From an uncultured Gemmatimonadota bacterium (lineage in GTDB: Bacteria; Blakebacterota; Blakebacteria; Blakebacterales; Blakebacteraceae): 64,000 bases of DNA. The stretch spans positions 62,001 through 126,000 of the forward strand of contig CAZNUA010000006.1 in assembly GCA_964576115.1 (NCBI GenBank). Reading direction: 5' to 3'. Below, one piece after another: positions 34,865 through 44,964 of this stretch. A model generated the notes under the pieces. It did no database searches, was not told where the DNA came from, and saw nothing but the letters and a program-made list of their open reading frames with translations. Position numbers and translations under genes: made by a program. Numbering within the stretch: the first letter of the stretch is position 1; every line of letters begins with the position of its first letter.

Positions 34865-35884
34865 TCACAGCTGCTCCAGGAATCGGAGATTGTTCTCGTA
34901 ATACAGACGGATGTCCTCGACCCCCTGACGTAAAATCGCGATCCTCTCCACTCCCATGCCGAAGGCATAACCGGAGACATTTTCGGGATCGTAACCGACG
35001 AAACCGTACAGATCGGGATTGACCATGCCCGCCCCGAGGATCTCGAGCCAGCCGGTTCCCTTGCACATCCGACACCCCCCGCCCCCGCATCCGACGCATT
35101 GGATGTCGAGTTCCGCGCTCGGTTCGGTAAAGGGAAAGTAGGAGGGCCGGAATCTGGTCGGCACGTCGGCCCCGAAGATCCGGTGGGCGAAGGTGTCGAG
35201 CACGCCCCGCAGCATCGCCAGGCTCACCCCCTGGTCCACATAGAGGCCCTCGACCTGGTAGAAGACCGGACTGTGGGTGGCATCGGGCGTGTCGGTCCGG
35301 TAGCAGCGTCCGGGCACGATGATCCGCACCGGCGGATCGCACTGCTCCATGGTCCGGATCTGGACCGGGCTGGTATGCGTGCGCAGCACCATGCCGCGGG
35401 GAACCTTGGTGTAAAAGGTATCCCACATGCCCCGGGCGGGATGGTGAGGCGGCATGTTCAGGGCTTCGAAATTGTAGTAGTCGCTCTCGACCTCTGGGCC
35501 TTCGACGACATCGAAGCCCATTTCGCGAAAGACCGCCACGATTTCGCGCAGGGTTCGGGTAATCGGGTGCATACGGCCGACAAAGGGTGTGCGACCCGGG
35601 TGGGTCAGATCGAATTCCTGTTCTTCATCCCCCGAAGTTCCGGCCAGAGCGAGGCGGCGCTCTTCGAGCAGGGCGGCGAGCTCGCTCTTGATCTGATTCA
35701 GCATCCGTCCTGCGACCGGACGTTCGGCTTCGGGCAGGTCGGGGATCGTCCTCATCAAACCGGGGATACGCCCCTTCCGGCCGAGCCAGGTGATACGGGC
35801 CGCCTCGAGCTCGTCGGTGTCGGCTGCAGATGCCAGCTCCCAACGGGCCTGGTCGAGCAGAGCCTCGTATTCGGTCCTACTCAC
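34865..35884 (-). CDS. pheS: Phenylalanine-tRNA ligase alpha subunit
   Basis: 'HPARGMWDTF', 'LRTHTSPVQ', 'FRPSYFPFTEPS', 'GYAFGMGVER'. Confidence 0.98.
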   Translation of the reverse strand: MSRTEYEALLDQARWELASAADTDELEAARITWLGRKGRIPGLMRTIPDLPEAERPVAGRMLNQIKSELAALLEERRLALAGTSGDEEQEFDLTHPGRTPFVGRMHPITRTLREIVAVFREMGFDVVEGPEVESDYYNFEALNMPPHHPARGMWDTFYTKVPRGMVLRTHTSPVQIRTMEQCDPPVRIIVPGRCYRTDTPDATHSPVFYQVEGLYVDQGVSLAMLRGVLDTFAHRIFGADVPTRFRPSYFPFTEPSAELDIQCVGCGGGGCRMCKGTGWLEILGAGMVNPDLYGFVGYDPENVSGYAFGMGVERIAILRQGVEDIRLYYENNLRFLEQL

Positions 35885-35908
35885 GACATCTCTCTTCCTT
35901 CTGGAGCA

Positions 35909-35942
35909 GAAACGGCCGGCACCCTCGGGTACCGGCCGTTTC
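35909..35942 (-). terminator. Strong hairpin between rplT and pheS (terminator/attenuator-like)
   Basis: GAAACGGCCGGTACC-CGAG-GGTGCCGGCCGTTTC on the minus strand; only a short U tract. Confidence 0.5.
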
Positions 35943-35977
35943 CTTCAGGCGTACAAGGGTGACTCTTCACGGACAGT

Positions 35978-36334
35978 CTACTTCTTCTCTCCCTGGACTG
36001 TCTCGACGATCTGCCCGAAAGCTTCATCATCCCTGACGGCAAGGTCGGCCAGTACCTTGCGGTTCAGCTCCACTCCCGATTCGTTCAGGGCATGCATGAA
36101 CTGGCTGTAGCTCAAGCCGTGACGGCGTGAGGCGGCATTGATCCGGGTGATCCAGAGCCGCCGGAAGTCGCGCTTGCGGCGGCGCCGGTCGCGGTAGGCA
36201 TACTGGTACCCGCGCTCGACTGCTTCGCGAGCGGTGCGGTAGAGGCGGCGCCGACCGCCGACATATCCCTTGGACTGCTTCAGATATTTCTTCCGTCGCT
36301 GCCGGCTGGCTGGACTTCCGGTTACACGGGGCAT
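35978..36334 (-). CDS. rplT: 50S ribosomal protein L20
   Basis: '[24 protein letters not shown]', '[10 protein letters not shown]'. Confidence 0.99.
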   Translation of the reverse strand: MPRVTGSPASRQRRKKYLKQSKGYVGGRRRLYRTAREAVERGYQYAYRDRRRRKRDFRRLWITRINAASRRHGLSYSQFMHALNESGVELNRKVLADLAVRDDEAFGQIVETVQGEKK

Positions 36335-36366
36335 GTTCTTCTTCCTTCGCTATCTCTGATCCACGA

Positions 36367-36561
36367 TCACCGGCTCAGCATCCGGTCGATCTTCCTGCGG
36401 TCGGCGGTGTCCACGAGTGTGCCCTGGCGTAAGCGTCGCTTCCGTTTGGGGCTCTTCTTACCCAGGATGTGACTGGCGTACGCCTTGCGCCGTCGGATCT
36501 TACCCGTGCCCGTCTTGCGGAAACGCTTCATGGCGGCGCGATTGCTCTTCATCTTCGGCAT
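36367..36561 (-). CDS. rpmI: 50S ribosomal protein L35
   Basis: '[35 protein letters not shown]'. Confidence 0.98.
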   Translation of the reverse strand: MPKMKSNRAAMKRFRKTGTGKIRRRKAYASHILGKKSPKRKRRLRQGTLVDTADRRKIDRMLSR

Positions 36562-36628
36562 GCTCTGTCCTCTGTCTGCCCTGTACCCGATCGAGCCGGG
36601 TTCGATACGTCCCGATCGCGTTCTGCGA

Positions 36629-37218
<590 letters not shown>

Positions 37219-37222
<4 letters not shown>

Positions 37223-39171
37223 GGGCTGTTGTATCCCTCCTCCTTGACGATGGTGAGAAAGTCATCCAGGGGCATCTGTCCCAGATCGCCTTCCTTGCGT
37301 CGACGGACGCTGACGGTTCGGGCTCCGGATTCCTTCTCGCCGACGACCAGCATGAGAGGTACCCGGCCGGTCTCACCGTCACGGATCTTGTAGCCCACTT
37401 TCTCGTCCCGGTCGTCGACATCGCACCTGAGACCTTCAGCCCCCAGCCGCTCGGAGACTTCGTGGGCGTACCTACGGTACGACTCTGAGACCGGAATGAC
37501 AACCACCTGTCGCGGTGCGAGCCAGAGCGGAAAATCGCCGGCGTAGTGCTCGATCAGAATGGCGATGAAACGCTCGATCGATCCGAAGATCGCCCGGTGG
37601 ATCATGACCGGACGATGGCGGGCACCGTCGGCGCCCACGTACTCCAGCTCGAAACGTTCCGGCATCGAGTAATCGACCTGCACCGTCCCGAGCTGCCAGG
37701 AACGTCCCAGACTGTCGTGAAAGTGAAAATCGATCTTGGGACCGTAGAAAGCGCCGTCCCCTTCGTTGACGAGGTAATCGAGTTCGAGATGCTTCAAAGC
37801 GGCGTGCAGGTCGGCCTCGGCCCGATCCCACATTTCGACTGTCCCGACGAATTTCTCGGGGCGGGTCGAGAGTTCGATGTGGTAATCGCTGAAACCGAAA
37901 TCGGCGTACACCTCCCGCACCATCGAGACGGTGTCGATGACCTGCTCGCGCAGCTGCTCCGGGGTACAGTAGAGATGGGCGTCATCCTGGGTGAAGAAAC
38001 GCACCCGGGTCAGGCCGTGCAGCACTCCGGAGAGTTCGTGGCGGTGCACGATCCCCATCTCGGCCACTTTCAGCGGCAGATCGCGGTAACTGCGCAGGTC
38101 GGAGGCATACACCAGGCAGGCTCCGGGGCAGTTCATCGGTTTGACCGCGAAGGACGCCTCGTCGATTTCGGTGAAATACATGTTCTTGCGATAATGCTCC
38201 CAGTGTCCGCTCCGGCGCCACAACTCGGCGTTGAGAATCAGAGGGGTGAAGATCTCGGCATAGTCCCGCTCGGCGAGCTTGCGCCGCATGTAACTGGTGA
38301 CGGCGTTGAAAAGGATCATCCCGCGGGGGTGCCAGAAGGGCATCCCCGGCGCTTCTTCGTGGAAACTGAACAGATCCATCTCCCGGCCGATACGCCGGTG
38401 ATCGCGCTTTTTCGCCTCTTCGATCCGGAAAAGATGCTCGTCGAGCTGAGCCTGCTTCGGAAAAGCTATTCCATAGAGGCGGGTGAGCTGCTCGTTGGCC
38501 TGATCGCCCCGCCAGTAGGCCCCGGCCAGACGCAGGATCTTGACAGCCTTCAGGTACCCGGTCGAGGGCACATGCGGTCCCCGACATAGATCGGTGAAAT
38601 CTCCCTGCCGGTAGAGGGTGACGGCATCATCACCCTCCAGACCGACCTCTTCGTCGGACTGGAGATCTTCCAGGATGCGGACCTTGTACCCCTCGCCCTG
38701 ATCGGCGAAATGAGTCCGGGCCTCGTCGATATTCATTACCAGCCGCTCGACCGGCAGATTCTCGGAGACGATCCGGGCCATCTCGGCCTCGATCCGCTCG
38801 AAATCGTCGCTCGAGACCGTCTCGCCGAAATCGATATCGTAATAAAAACCGTCCTCGACCGCCGGGCCGATGGCCAGCTGAGCCCGGGGCCACAAGCGCT
38901 TGACCGCGTGAGCCAGCAGGTGCGCCCCCGAGTGCCAGAAGACATCCCGGCCGGCCTCGGATTCGAAGGTATGGATGCGGAACTGCCCGCTCTCGGCCAG
39001 GGGCGCACCCAGATCGAGCATCCGACCGTCCAGCTCGGCCGCCACCGCGGCCCGGGCCAGACCCGCACCGATCGATTCGGCCACTTCCCGGGCGGTGGTG
39101 CCGGCAGTTACTTCCCGCTGACTGCCGTCGGGCAGAGAGAGAGAAATCTGATGTTGCTTCGGCTCGCTCAT
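37219..39171 (-). CDS. thrS: Threonine-tRNA ligase
   Basis: TGS domain, 'HSGAHLLA', 'DLCRGPH', 'RDHR', 'KPMNCP', 'AFYGPKID', 'HRAIFGSIERF'. Confidence 0.99.
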
Positions 39172-39260
39172 GGGTCTCGGATTCCGTCTGTGTCAGCGCT
39201 CCGCGGCGGGATTGCGAACAGCGAAACGGGGCGCGCGTCTCCGCAGCCATACAGCATGTC

Positions 39261-39338
39261 TGGTGGGCGATACTGGAGTTGAACCAGTGACCTCCACGAT
39301 GTCAACGTGGCGCTCTAACCAGGCTGAGCTAATCGCCC
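39261..39338 (-). tRNA. tRNA-Val (GAC)
   Basis: Minus strand GGGCGAT..ATCGCCC-ACCA; anticodon arm CCACG-TTGACAT-CGTGG; 78 nt. Confidence 0.98.
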
Positions 39339-39366
39339 AAAATCCCCTGAATCGTTGGAACTACGC

Positions 39367-39395
39367 AAGCTACGGGAAGCCATGGTCGGTGTCAA
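39367..39395 (-). promoter_or_regulatory. Sigma70 promoter for tRNA-Val-thrS (TTGACA-N17-TAGCTT)
   Basis: Perfect -35, 17-nt spacer and near-consensus -10, about 28 nt upstream of the tRNA. Confidence 0.7.
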
Positions 39396-39481
39396 TATGC
39401 AAGGCGGGACGGATTTTCCACGCCTCTGCCGGCCGGAATGCATCGGTGTTCGAATACCAGTGTGATTGCTCAGCGGTGTAC

Positions 39482-40951
39482 TCAGAGCGCAGCGGCCAGC
39501 AGTGCGGCCGTGACGGCTCCGCAGAGCCCGGCGACGGCATTGACCCCGTCGTTATCGAGCCACGACAGGCCGGCGACCCGCTCTCCGACGGCCTTACCGC
39601 AGTGCTCGCGGCGCTCGGTTATTTTCCCGCACACCCGGCAGCGCCAACGCCCCTGCCAGAGGGCTCCCATGAGGCTGTCGGCGAACATCCCCACCACTCC
39701 GCCCACGGCGGCGGCCGCAAACAGCTGTAGTCCTCCCCCGTCCGAAGCCGTTGAGAGAACGACCCCCACCCCGGCAATCACGGCCGAGCCGAGAGCGCCG
39801 GCGATCGTGCCATTCAGCGTCACTCCCCCCGAAGTGCCGGCCGGCACGCGGCTGAAATCTGTCACCAGACGAGCCTCGGCACGAAGAGTCGTACCGATTT
39901 CTGTGGCCCAGGTGTCGGCCGCCGCGGTTGCAACCGCGCCCAGAAAAGCGGGCCAGCTCAGGTAGAGCGGCAAGCCGAGACGGTCGAGCACGAAGAGGAG
40001 GAGCGCCACCCCGCCATTGGCGCCCACCTGGACCAGATCGCGCCGACCCCCCTTCTGTTCCAGAGCCGGCCGTTCGGTGCGGATCCTCTCGGTCATCAGC
40101 GTGAGGAAACTCGAGAGCACGAAAAAAGTCAGCAGCGGTGTAACCCACGGCCAGCCTCCGCCGCTGAAGAGCCAGACCGCAATCAGGAAGGCTCCCGCCG
40201 CCCCGTCGTGACGCAGGGCGCGCAACTTGACGGCGGCCAGCGCGAAAAGAACGGCGGCCCCCTCGACCAGCAGGATCAGCCCCGGCTGACCGGGTACGCC
40301 GTCTATGAGCAGGAGTGTGAAAGCGACCGCCAGGGGCAGGGTCAGGTTGTCGGTGCCGCGGCGCGAAAGGGCCTCGGTCACGGCTCCGACCGAGGCGCAG
40401 GCCAGACCGATCAAGAGTCCCTCGGTGATGCTTCCCCGTCCGAACGCCTCCCACCCCAGGGTGACGGTCAGGCCGGTCACGGCAAAGACCGCCAGCGAAC
40501 CATCCCAGCTCTTGCCGGAAAAACCTTCGGGCAGGGGCAGGACGTACCGCCTCTCGCCCAGGATCACACCGGCGGCGTCGGCGAAAGCCATGACCAGAAG
40601 AGGAATGGTCACGAGCCAGGGAGTCGACCAGGCGGTGAGATAGAGAATGAGTGTCGCCAGCGCGAACCATGAGGTGCCGTACGAATCGGGGCGGGCGGCA
40701 TGAATCGCCGGCAGCCATCCCTGCCACCGGCACACGGTCAAACAGACGAGAGCGGCTGCGGCCAATCCCACCGGCCACCAGCGGGCGGAGAAGATGAGCG
40801 GTGCCAGAGCCACCAGGGCGCCGCTGCCCACGTGTACGGTCAGCCGGGTCAGCCGGCCGGGTATCTCGAGCCAGCGACGACCGAGTTCGGCACCAGCGAC
40901 AAGCAGGACGATGAAGGCCCCGCACATCAGAGTAATGAGCGGATCACTCAC
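39482..40951 (-). CDS. Fusion of a phytol/dolichol-kinase-like domain with a DUF92 (TMEM19/VTE6-like) domain
   Basis: N-half 'TRLTVHVGSG', 'MAFADAAGVILG', 'KSWDGS', 'GTDNLTLP'; C-half 'RDLVQVGANGG', 'AAADTWATEIG', 'GTSGGVT', 'DSLMGALWQ', 'LDNDGVN', plus a 'CRVC..HCG' insert. Confidence 0.85.
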   Translation of the reverse strand: MSDPLITLMCGAFIVLLVAGAELGRRWLEIPGRLTRLTVHVGSGALVALAPLIFSARWWPVGLAAAALVCLTVCRWQGWLPAIHAARPDSYGTSWFALATLILYLTAWSTPWLVTIPLLVMAFADAAGVILGERRYVLPLPEGFSGKSWDGSLAVFAVTGLTVTLGWEAFGRGSITEGLLIGLACASVGAVTEALSRRGTDNLTLPLAVAFTLLLIDGVPGQPGLILLVEGAAVLFALAAVKLRALRHDGAAGAFLIAVWLFSGGGWPWVTPLLTFFVLSSFLTLMTERIRTERPALEQKGGRRDLVQVGANGGVALLLFVLDRLGLPLYLSWPAFLGAVATAAADTWATEIGTTLRAEARLVTDFSRVPAGTSGGVTLNGTIAGALGSAVIAGVGVVLSTASDGGGLQLFAAAAVGGVVGMFADSLMGALWQGRWRCRVCGKITERREHCGKAVGERVAGLSWLDNDGVNAVAGLCGAVTAALLAAAL

Positions 40952-41036
40952 AGGCGGGCATTCTCTGGACGCGAGTCATGCAACCGGGTTTATTGGACCT
41001 GATAGAGTCTGTCAACCCTGCTGCTCCTTTCGTGCG

Positions 41037-41885
41037 ATGCCGATCGATCCAGACACGCTTCCAGACGATCCTCTCCGCCGCCTCGAAGCGGTCATGCGCA
41101 CCCTGCTCGGTCCCAAGGGGTGTCCGTGGGATAAAGAACAGGATCACCGAAGCCTGCGCACCACCCTTCTCGAAGAGACCTACGAAGTTCTGCAGGTTAT
41201 CGACGCCCCCGGGCCGATCGAAGACCACCGCCTGGCCGAGGAGCTCGGCGATCTGCTCCTGCAGATCGTCTTCCACGCCGCTCTGGCCGACGAACGCGGC
41301 GCTTTCAGCCTCGATGACCTCGCCCTGACCGTCACAGACAAATTGATCAGGCGGCATCCGCATGTGTTCGGCTCAACCGAAGTCGCCGACACCTCCGAAG
41401 TGCTGGAGAACTGGGAGCGGATCAAGAAAGACGAGGGCAAGACAAGCTCCCTCGACGGTCTGCCCCCCGCCCTGCCCGCCCTCCTGCGGGCTTCGACTCT
41501 GCTGGCCAGGGCCGTACGGACCGGATTCGCCTGGCCCGATGACGAGGGTGCGATCGCGAAAATCGAGGAAGAGAAGAAGGAATTCGTGGCTGCGCTCCGG
41601 AGTCGCGACAGGGCCGACATCGATCACGAATTCGGAGATCTGGTGTTCGCCCTCATTACCGCCGCCGCCGTGCACGGGACCGAACCAGAAGCGGCCGTGC
41701 GCGAAGCTGCAGACCGCTTCGAAACCCGTTTCAGGCGACTCGAGACGATCATCGCTTCGCGGGGGGAAGAGCTGTCGGCGATGACCCCCGAAGAGCTGCT
41801 CTCGGCCTGGGATCAAACCCGCGAACCGGGTGCAGCTCAACTCCCGTCCGGACCGTCCGTTTCACAAGACTCCGACCGATCCTGA
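41037..41885 (+). CDS. mazG: Nucleoside triphosphate pyrophosphohydrolase MazG
   Basis: 'GCPWDKEQDH', 'EETYEV', 'EELGDLLLQIVFH', 'KLIRRHPHVF', second domain 'EFGDL'. Confidence 0.95.
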   Translation: MPIDPDTLPDDPLRRLEAVMRTLLGPKGCPWDKEQDHRSLRTTLLEETYEVLQVIDAPGPIEDHRLAEELGDLLLQIVFHAALADERGAFSLDDLALTVTDKLIRRHPHVFGSTEVADTSEVLENWERIKKDEGKTSSLDGLPPALPALLRASTLLARAVRTGFAWPDDEGAIAKIEEEKKEFVAALRSRDRADIDHEFGDLVFALITAAAVHGTEPEAAVREAADRFETRFRRLETIIASRGEELSAMTPEELLSAWDQTREPGAAQLPSGPSVSQDSDRS

Positions 41886-42625
41886 GAACGGTCCGACTCT
41901 TCAGTCCTGTTCTCCGCCTCCGTCTTCGTCTTCACGATCCATTCCCGGGCCCGATCCTTGAGTTTGTGGCGCTGATTCGCGGAATACGTGGTCGGATCGA
42001 TCGGATCGCCGGCAATGACCGTGATCGTTCCCCGGCGAACCCGTTTGCGTCCGGGGGGAAGAACTTTCTCAGCCCCGACGATCGCGATAGGGACGATCGG
42101 CACTCCGGTATCGATTGCGAGCCGGAAAGCGCCGGTCTTGAAGGTGCCCACTCTACCCGTCCGGCTGCGGGTTCCCTCTGGGAAGACAAAGAGCCGGGTT
42201 CCGGTGCCGAGCGCCTTGCGGGCCGGATTCAGGCTCTGACGGGCTTTATTGCGATCGGCCCGATCGACCGGTACGAATCCCTCCAGTGACAGGCACCAGC
42301 CGAATATGGGGATCCGGAAGAGCGACCGCTTGGCCATGAACCGCACCCGCCCGGGCAATACGGCCAGCACCGCCGGGATGTCGAGCATGCTCTGGTGGTT
42401 GGAGACATAGATACAGGAACCCTCAGCGGGGATTTTCTCCAGATCCCGACCCTCGATACCGACCCGGGCCAGGCGCAGCAGTGCCCGGCCCCACCAGCGG
42501 ACATGACCGACGTTGTAGCGGCGTCCGCCGGGAAACACGAGGGCGACGATGGCCACCGCGGCCGCGAAGAGAGTAAAGAGAGCAGCGGCGATCCAGGCTG
42601 TCCGGCTGTGAATGTCTTTGACCAT
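41837..42625 (-). CDS. plsC: 1-acyl-sn-glycerol-3-phosphate acyltransferase
   Basis: 'NHQSMLD', 'FPEGTRS', 'PIVPIAI'; convergent 49-nt overlap with mazG. Confidence 0.9.
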   Translation of the reverse strand: MVKDIHSRTAWIAAALFTLFAAAVAIVALVFPGGRRYNVGHVRWWGRALLRLARVGIEGRDLEKIPAEGSCIYVSNHQSMLDIPAVLAVLPGRVRFMAKRSLFRIPIFGWCLSLEGFVPVDRADRNKARQSLNPARKALGTGTRLFVFPEGTRSRTGRVGTFKTGAFRLAIDTGVPIVPIAIVGAEKVLPPGRKRVRRGTITVIAGDPIDPTTYSANQRHKLKDRAREWIVKTKTEAENRTEESDRSQDRSESCETDGPDGS

Positions 42626-42734
42626 GGGGCACCGGGTTGAGGTGCCGTCATCCGGTCGCGACCGGCGGTTGGCAGGATGGCGGCACGGCCCTATCTTCGC
42701 AGCAGAATCTACACGCATTCTGGAGAGACGACAA

Positions 42735-43157
42735 ATGTTCCAACGGACATTCGACGGCGGCAGTATCATCAGGATCGAAGCCGGGGAATCCGTTCTCGAT
42801 GTCCTGACGGCGTACTGTGATGAGCAGGGCATCGCCGCCGGAGCCTTCACCGGTCTGGGAGCGGTCAGCCGGGCCCGTCTCGGCTATTACGACGACGAGA
42901 ACAAGGCGTATGTCGAACGCGAGTTCACCACCAACCTCGAAGTACTCGCCCTGAACGGCAATATCAGCCGCAAAGCAGACGGAACCCTGTTCGCCCACTG
43001 CCACTGCGTTCTGAGCGGATCCGACATGCAGACTGTGGGCGGTCACCTCTTCGAAGGGATCGCCAACCCCACCCTCGAGATCATCCTCTGGGTCTTCGAC
43101 GGCGAGCTGCGACGCATCCCCGTACCCGGCTCCAGCGCCCAGGTTCTGGATCTCTGA
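42735..43157 (+). CDS. PPC/DUF296 domain protein
   Basis: 'GLGAVS', 'EVLALNGNIS', 'HCHCV', 'GGHL', 'TLEI'; GGAG SD. Confidence 0.9.
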   Translation: MFQRTFDGGSIIRIEAGESVLDVLTAYCDEQGIAAGAFTGLGAVSRARLGYYDDENKAYVEREFTTNLEVLALNGNISRKADGTLFAHCHCVLSGSDMQTVGGHLFEGIANPTLEIILWVFDGELRRIPVPGSSAQVLDL

Positions 43158-43177
43158 CAGCAGGACTGGCGCGGACG

Positions 43178-43253
43178 CTCAAGGCGAACGACAAAGGGCG
43201 CGGAGGCGTACTGATCGTACGCCGCACAAGCCCTGAGGAAGTTCAACGCCGAG
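43178..43253. repeat. Long imperfect palindromic intergenic element (REP/MITE-like)
   Basis: Nested pairings CTC..GGCG/CGCC.GAG, AAC/GTT, GGGC/GCCC, GGCGTAC/GTACGCC. Only one copy seen in this window. Confidence 0.45.
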
Positions 43254-43273
43254 ATTGCCCTGAAAGGGTGACC

Positions 43274-43771
43274 TTAATCCGAGAATTGGGATTCGATATA
43301 CCTATTCGCCTGCCCGATATCACAATCCCTGATCAGCGCCAGCTCGCTGGCCAGTAGATCGTAGGCGCGGCAGTAGAGCTTGCGCTCGGTACTGGAAATG
43401 CTGTCCTCCTGGTAGCCGTTGCGCAGGTCTCGAACGGTTTCGGCGTACGCCTGCAGGGTTCCTTCCTCGAGCCTGTTCTTCAGATAAGACACGCGCGATT
43501 TCCAGTCGCTGACCAGGCGGCCCTTCCGGCCGCGGAGTATCTCGCAGGCCTTCCGGTTCTCGTTTTTCGAGCCGGGAAGCCGGACGTCTGCCACGTCGAG
43601 GTTGGCCTTGGGCACGAAAACGCGGGAGGTATTCAGGAGAAGCTCGATTTCATAACACTCGATCTTCTCGTTTTCAACCTCTTTGGTGGTGATGTTGCGA
43701 ATGTACCCACCACCCCACGTCGTGTGGACGATCTTGTCGTTTACCTTGAACCCCTTGAAGCTGGCAGACAT
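43274..43771 (-). CDS. carD: CarD-family transcriptional regulator (divergent)
   Basis: 'FKVNDKIVH..GGG.I..I', 'VFVP', 'DWKSR', 'AETVRDL', 'ER.LY.RA..LLASELAL'; AGGAGG SD. Confidence 0.85.
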   Translation of the reverse strand: MSASFKGFKVNDKIVHTTWGGGYIRNITTKEVENEKIECYEIELLLNTSRVFVPKANLDVADVRLPGSKNENRKACEILRGRKGRLVSDWKSRVSYLKNRLEEGTLQAYAETVRDLRNGYQEDSISSTERKLYCRAYDLLASELALIRDCDIGQANRYIESQFSD

Positions 43772-43872
43772 CAAGCGGACCTCCTGGTGCGAGCAGATCG
43801 CAATATTCGATTAAAAAAGGGAAAGAGGCTTATGCAGGATAGTTTCGCTATCATCATTCAACAGAACGTTAC

Positions 43873-43901
43873 AATATGTGGTTTAAACCTTTATAAATCA
43901 A
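43873..43901 (-). promoter_or_regulatory. Putative carD promoter (TTGATT-N17-CATATT) in an AT-rich patch
   Basis: Hexamers with a 17-nt spacer that contains the palindrome GGTTTAAACC. Confidence 0.45.
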
Positions 43902-44964
43902 GCGTTTTCTGTGATTGCTTTCGCATTATCAGGTCTTCGAGCGTGTCTATGACCTGGCGCGGTTCGATATCTATCAGACAATCCCGCTCCCGCCGCCAGC
44001 AGACCCGCTGACCGTGCTTGGAACAGGGACTGCAGAAGAGATCCAGATACAGGTCGGTGGCGTACGGTCCGCGGGGAGCAAAGCCGAGCGCCGGACTGGT
44101 CGGGCCGAATAGCCCGACAGTCGGTGTCGCCAGGGCGGCGGCCAGGTGCATCGGTCCACTGTCGTTGGCCACGACACCGTCGCATACGGCCAGAGCGGCG
44201 GCCAGGTCCATGACGTCCTCGAGCGGTTCGCTCATCAATGCTCCTTCGACCTCATGGGCGATGGTATGAGCCGGATCGGGATTCTCGGGAGCGGGGATGA
44301 CAACGGGCAGGTCGCCGCGAGAGAGACACAGTTCGGCGAATTCGCGAACGCGGAAGAGAGGCCATTCTTTTGGTGGATGGCTGGCTCCGGGAAGAATCGC
44401 TATGAGGTGTCCCGGACGCTCTCCGACGAGTCGGGAGCGCCAGTCGAGCCCCCTCTTTCGTTCCACCTCCCCCAGATGGATGACGGGAATTCTCCTGTCC
44501 CCATTCTCTTCCATACCCCGGCGTTCAGAATCGGTGCCACTCCTGCATCCGGTCACAGTCTGGAGATAGAGATCGACGACCGGCGTCAACTTCAAACGTT
44601 GTTTGAAAGGCGGTCGGACCACCAGCCGGAAACGACGCCAGCGTTCCTGATTCCAGCGCGCAACCGGTCCCGCGTACAGGAACGTGATCAGGCGGCTGCG
44701 TAGCGAACCGTGAAGATCGACGATGAGATCGAAGTCTCCCTCGCGGATCCAGGTACGGAGATCGCGAAGGCTCTGTGAAGCCGGATCGAAGGCCCAGACC
44801 TCGTCGAGGTTGGGATTGTTGCGGTGCAGCCCGGCATAGGGAGTTCGGGTCAGCAGGATCACCCGGGCGTCGGGAAGGCGTTCTTTGAGAGCACAGAGAG
44901 CGGGTTCGACGAGAACGACGTCACCCAGGCTCGAGAATCTGACGACGAGAACGCGACTTTTCAC
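43891..44964 (-). CDS. Glycosyltransferase family 9 (LPS heptosyltransferase-like)
   Basis: 'VVRFSSLGDVV', 'DLHGSLRS', 'PGASHPPKEWP', 'NDSGPMHLAAA', 'LFGPT', 'CSPCS'. Confidence 0.93.
   Translation of the reverse strand: MKSRVLVVRFSSLGDVVLVEPALCALKERLPDARVILLTRTPYAGLHRNNPNLDEVWAFDPASQSLRDLRTWIREGDFDLIVDLHGSLRSRLITFLYAGPVARWNQERWRRFRLVVRPPFKQRLKLTPVVDLYLQTVTGCRSGTDSERRGMEENGDRRIPVIHLGEVERKRGLDWRSRLVGERPGHLIAILPGASHPPKEWPLFRVREFAELCLSRGDLPVVIPAPENPDPAHTIAHEVEGALMSEPLEDVMDLAAALAVCDGVVANDSGPMHLAAALATPTVGLFGPTSPALGFAPRGPYATDLYLDLFCSPCSKHGQRVCWRRERDCLIDIEPRQVIDTLEDLIMRKQSQKTLDL

Noticed and set aside
36562-36628. L20 autoregulatory leader
   Set aside because: Some pairing potential, but no structure I can support by eye.
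39172-39260. T-box or tRNA-mimic operator in the thrS leader
   Set aside because: Only 89 nt, with no T-box consensus or convincing anticodon-like hairpin.
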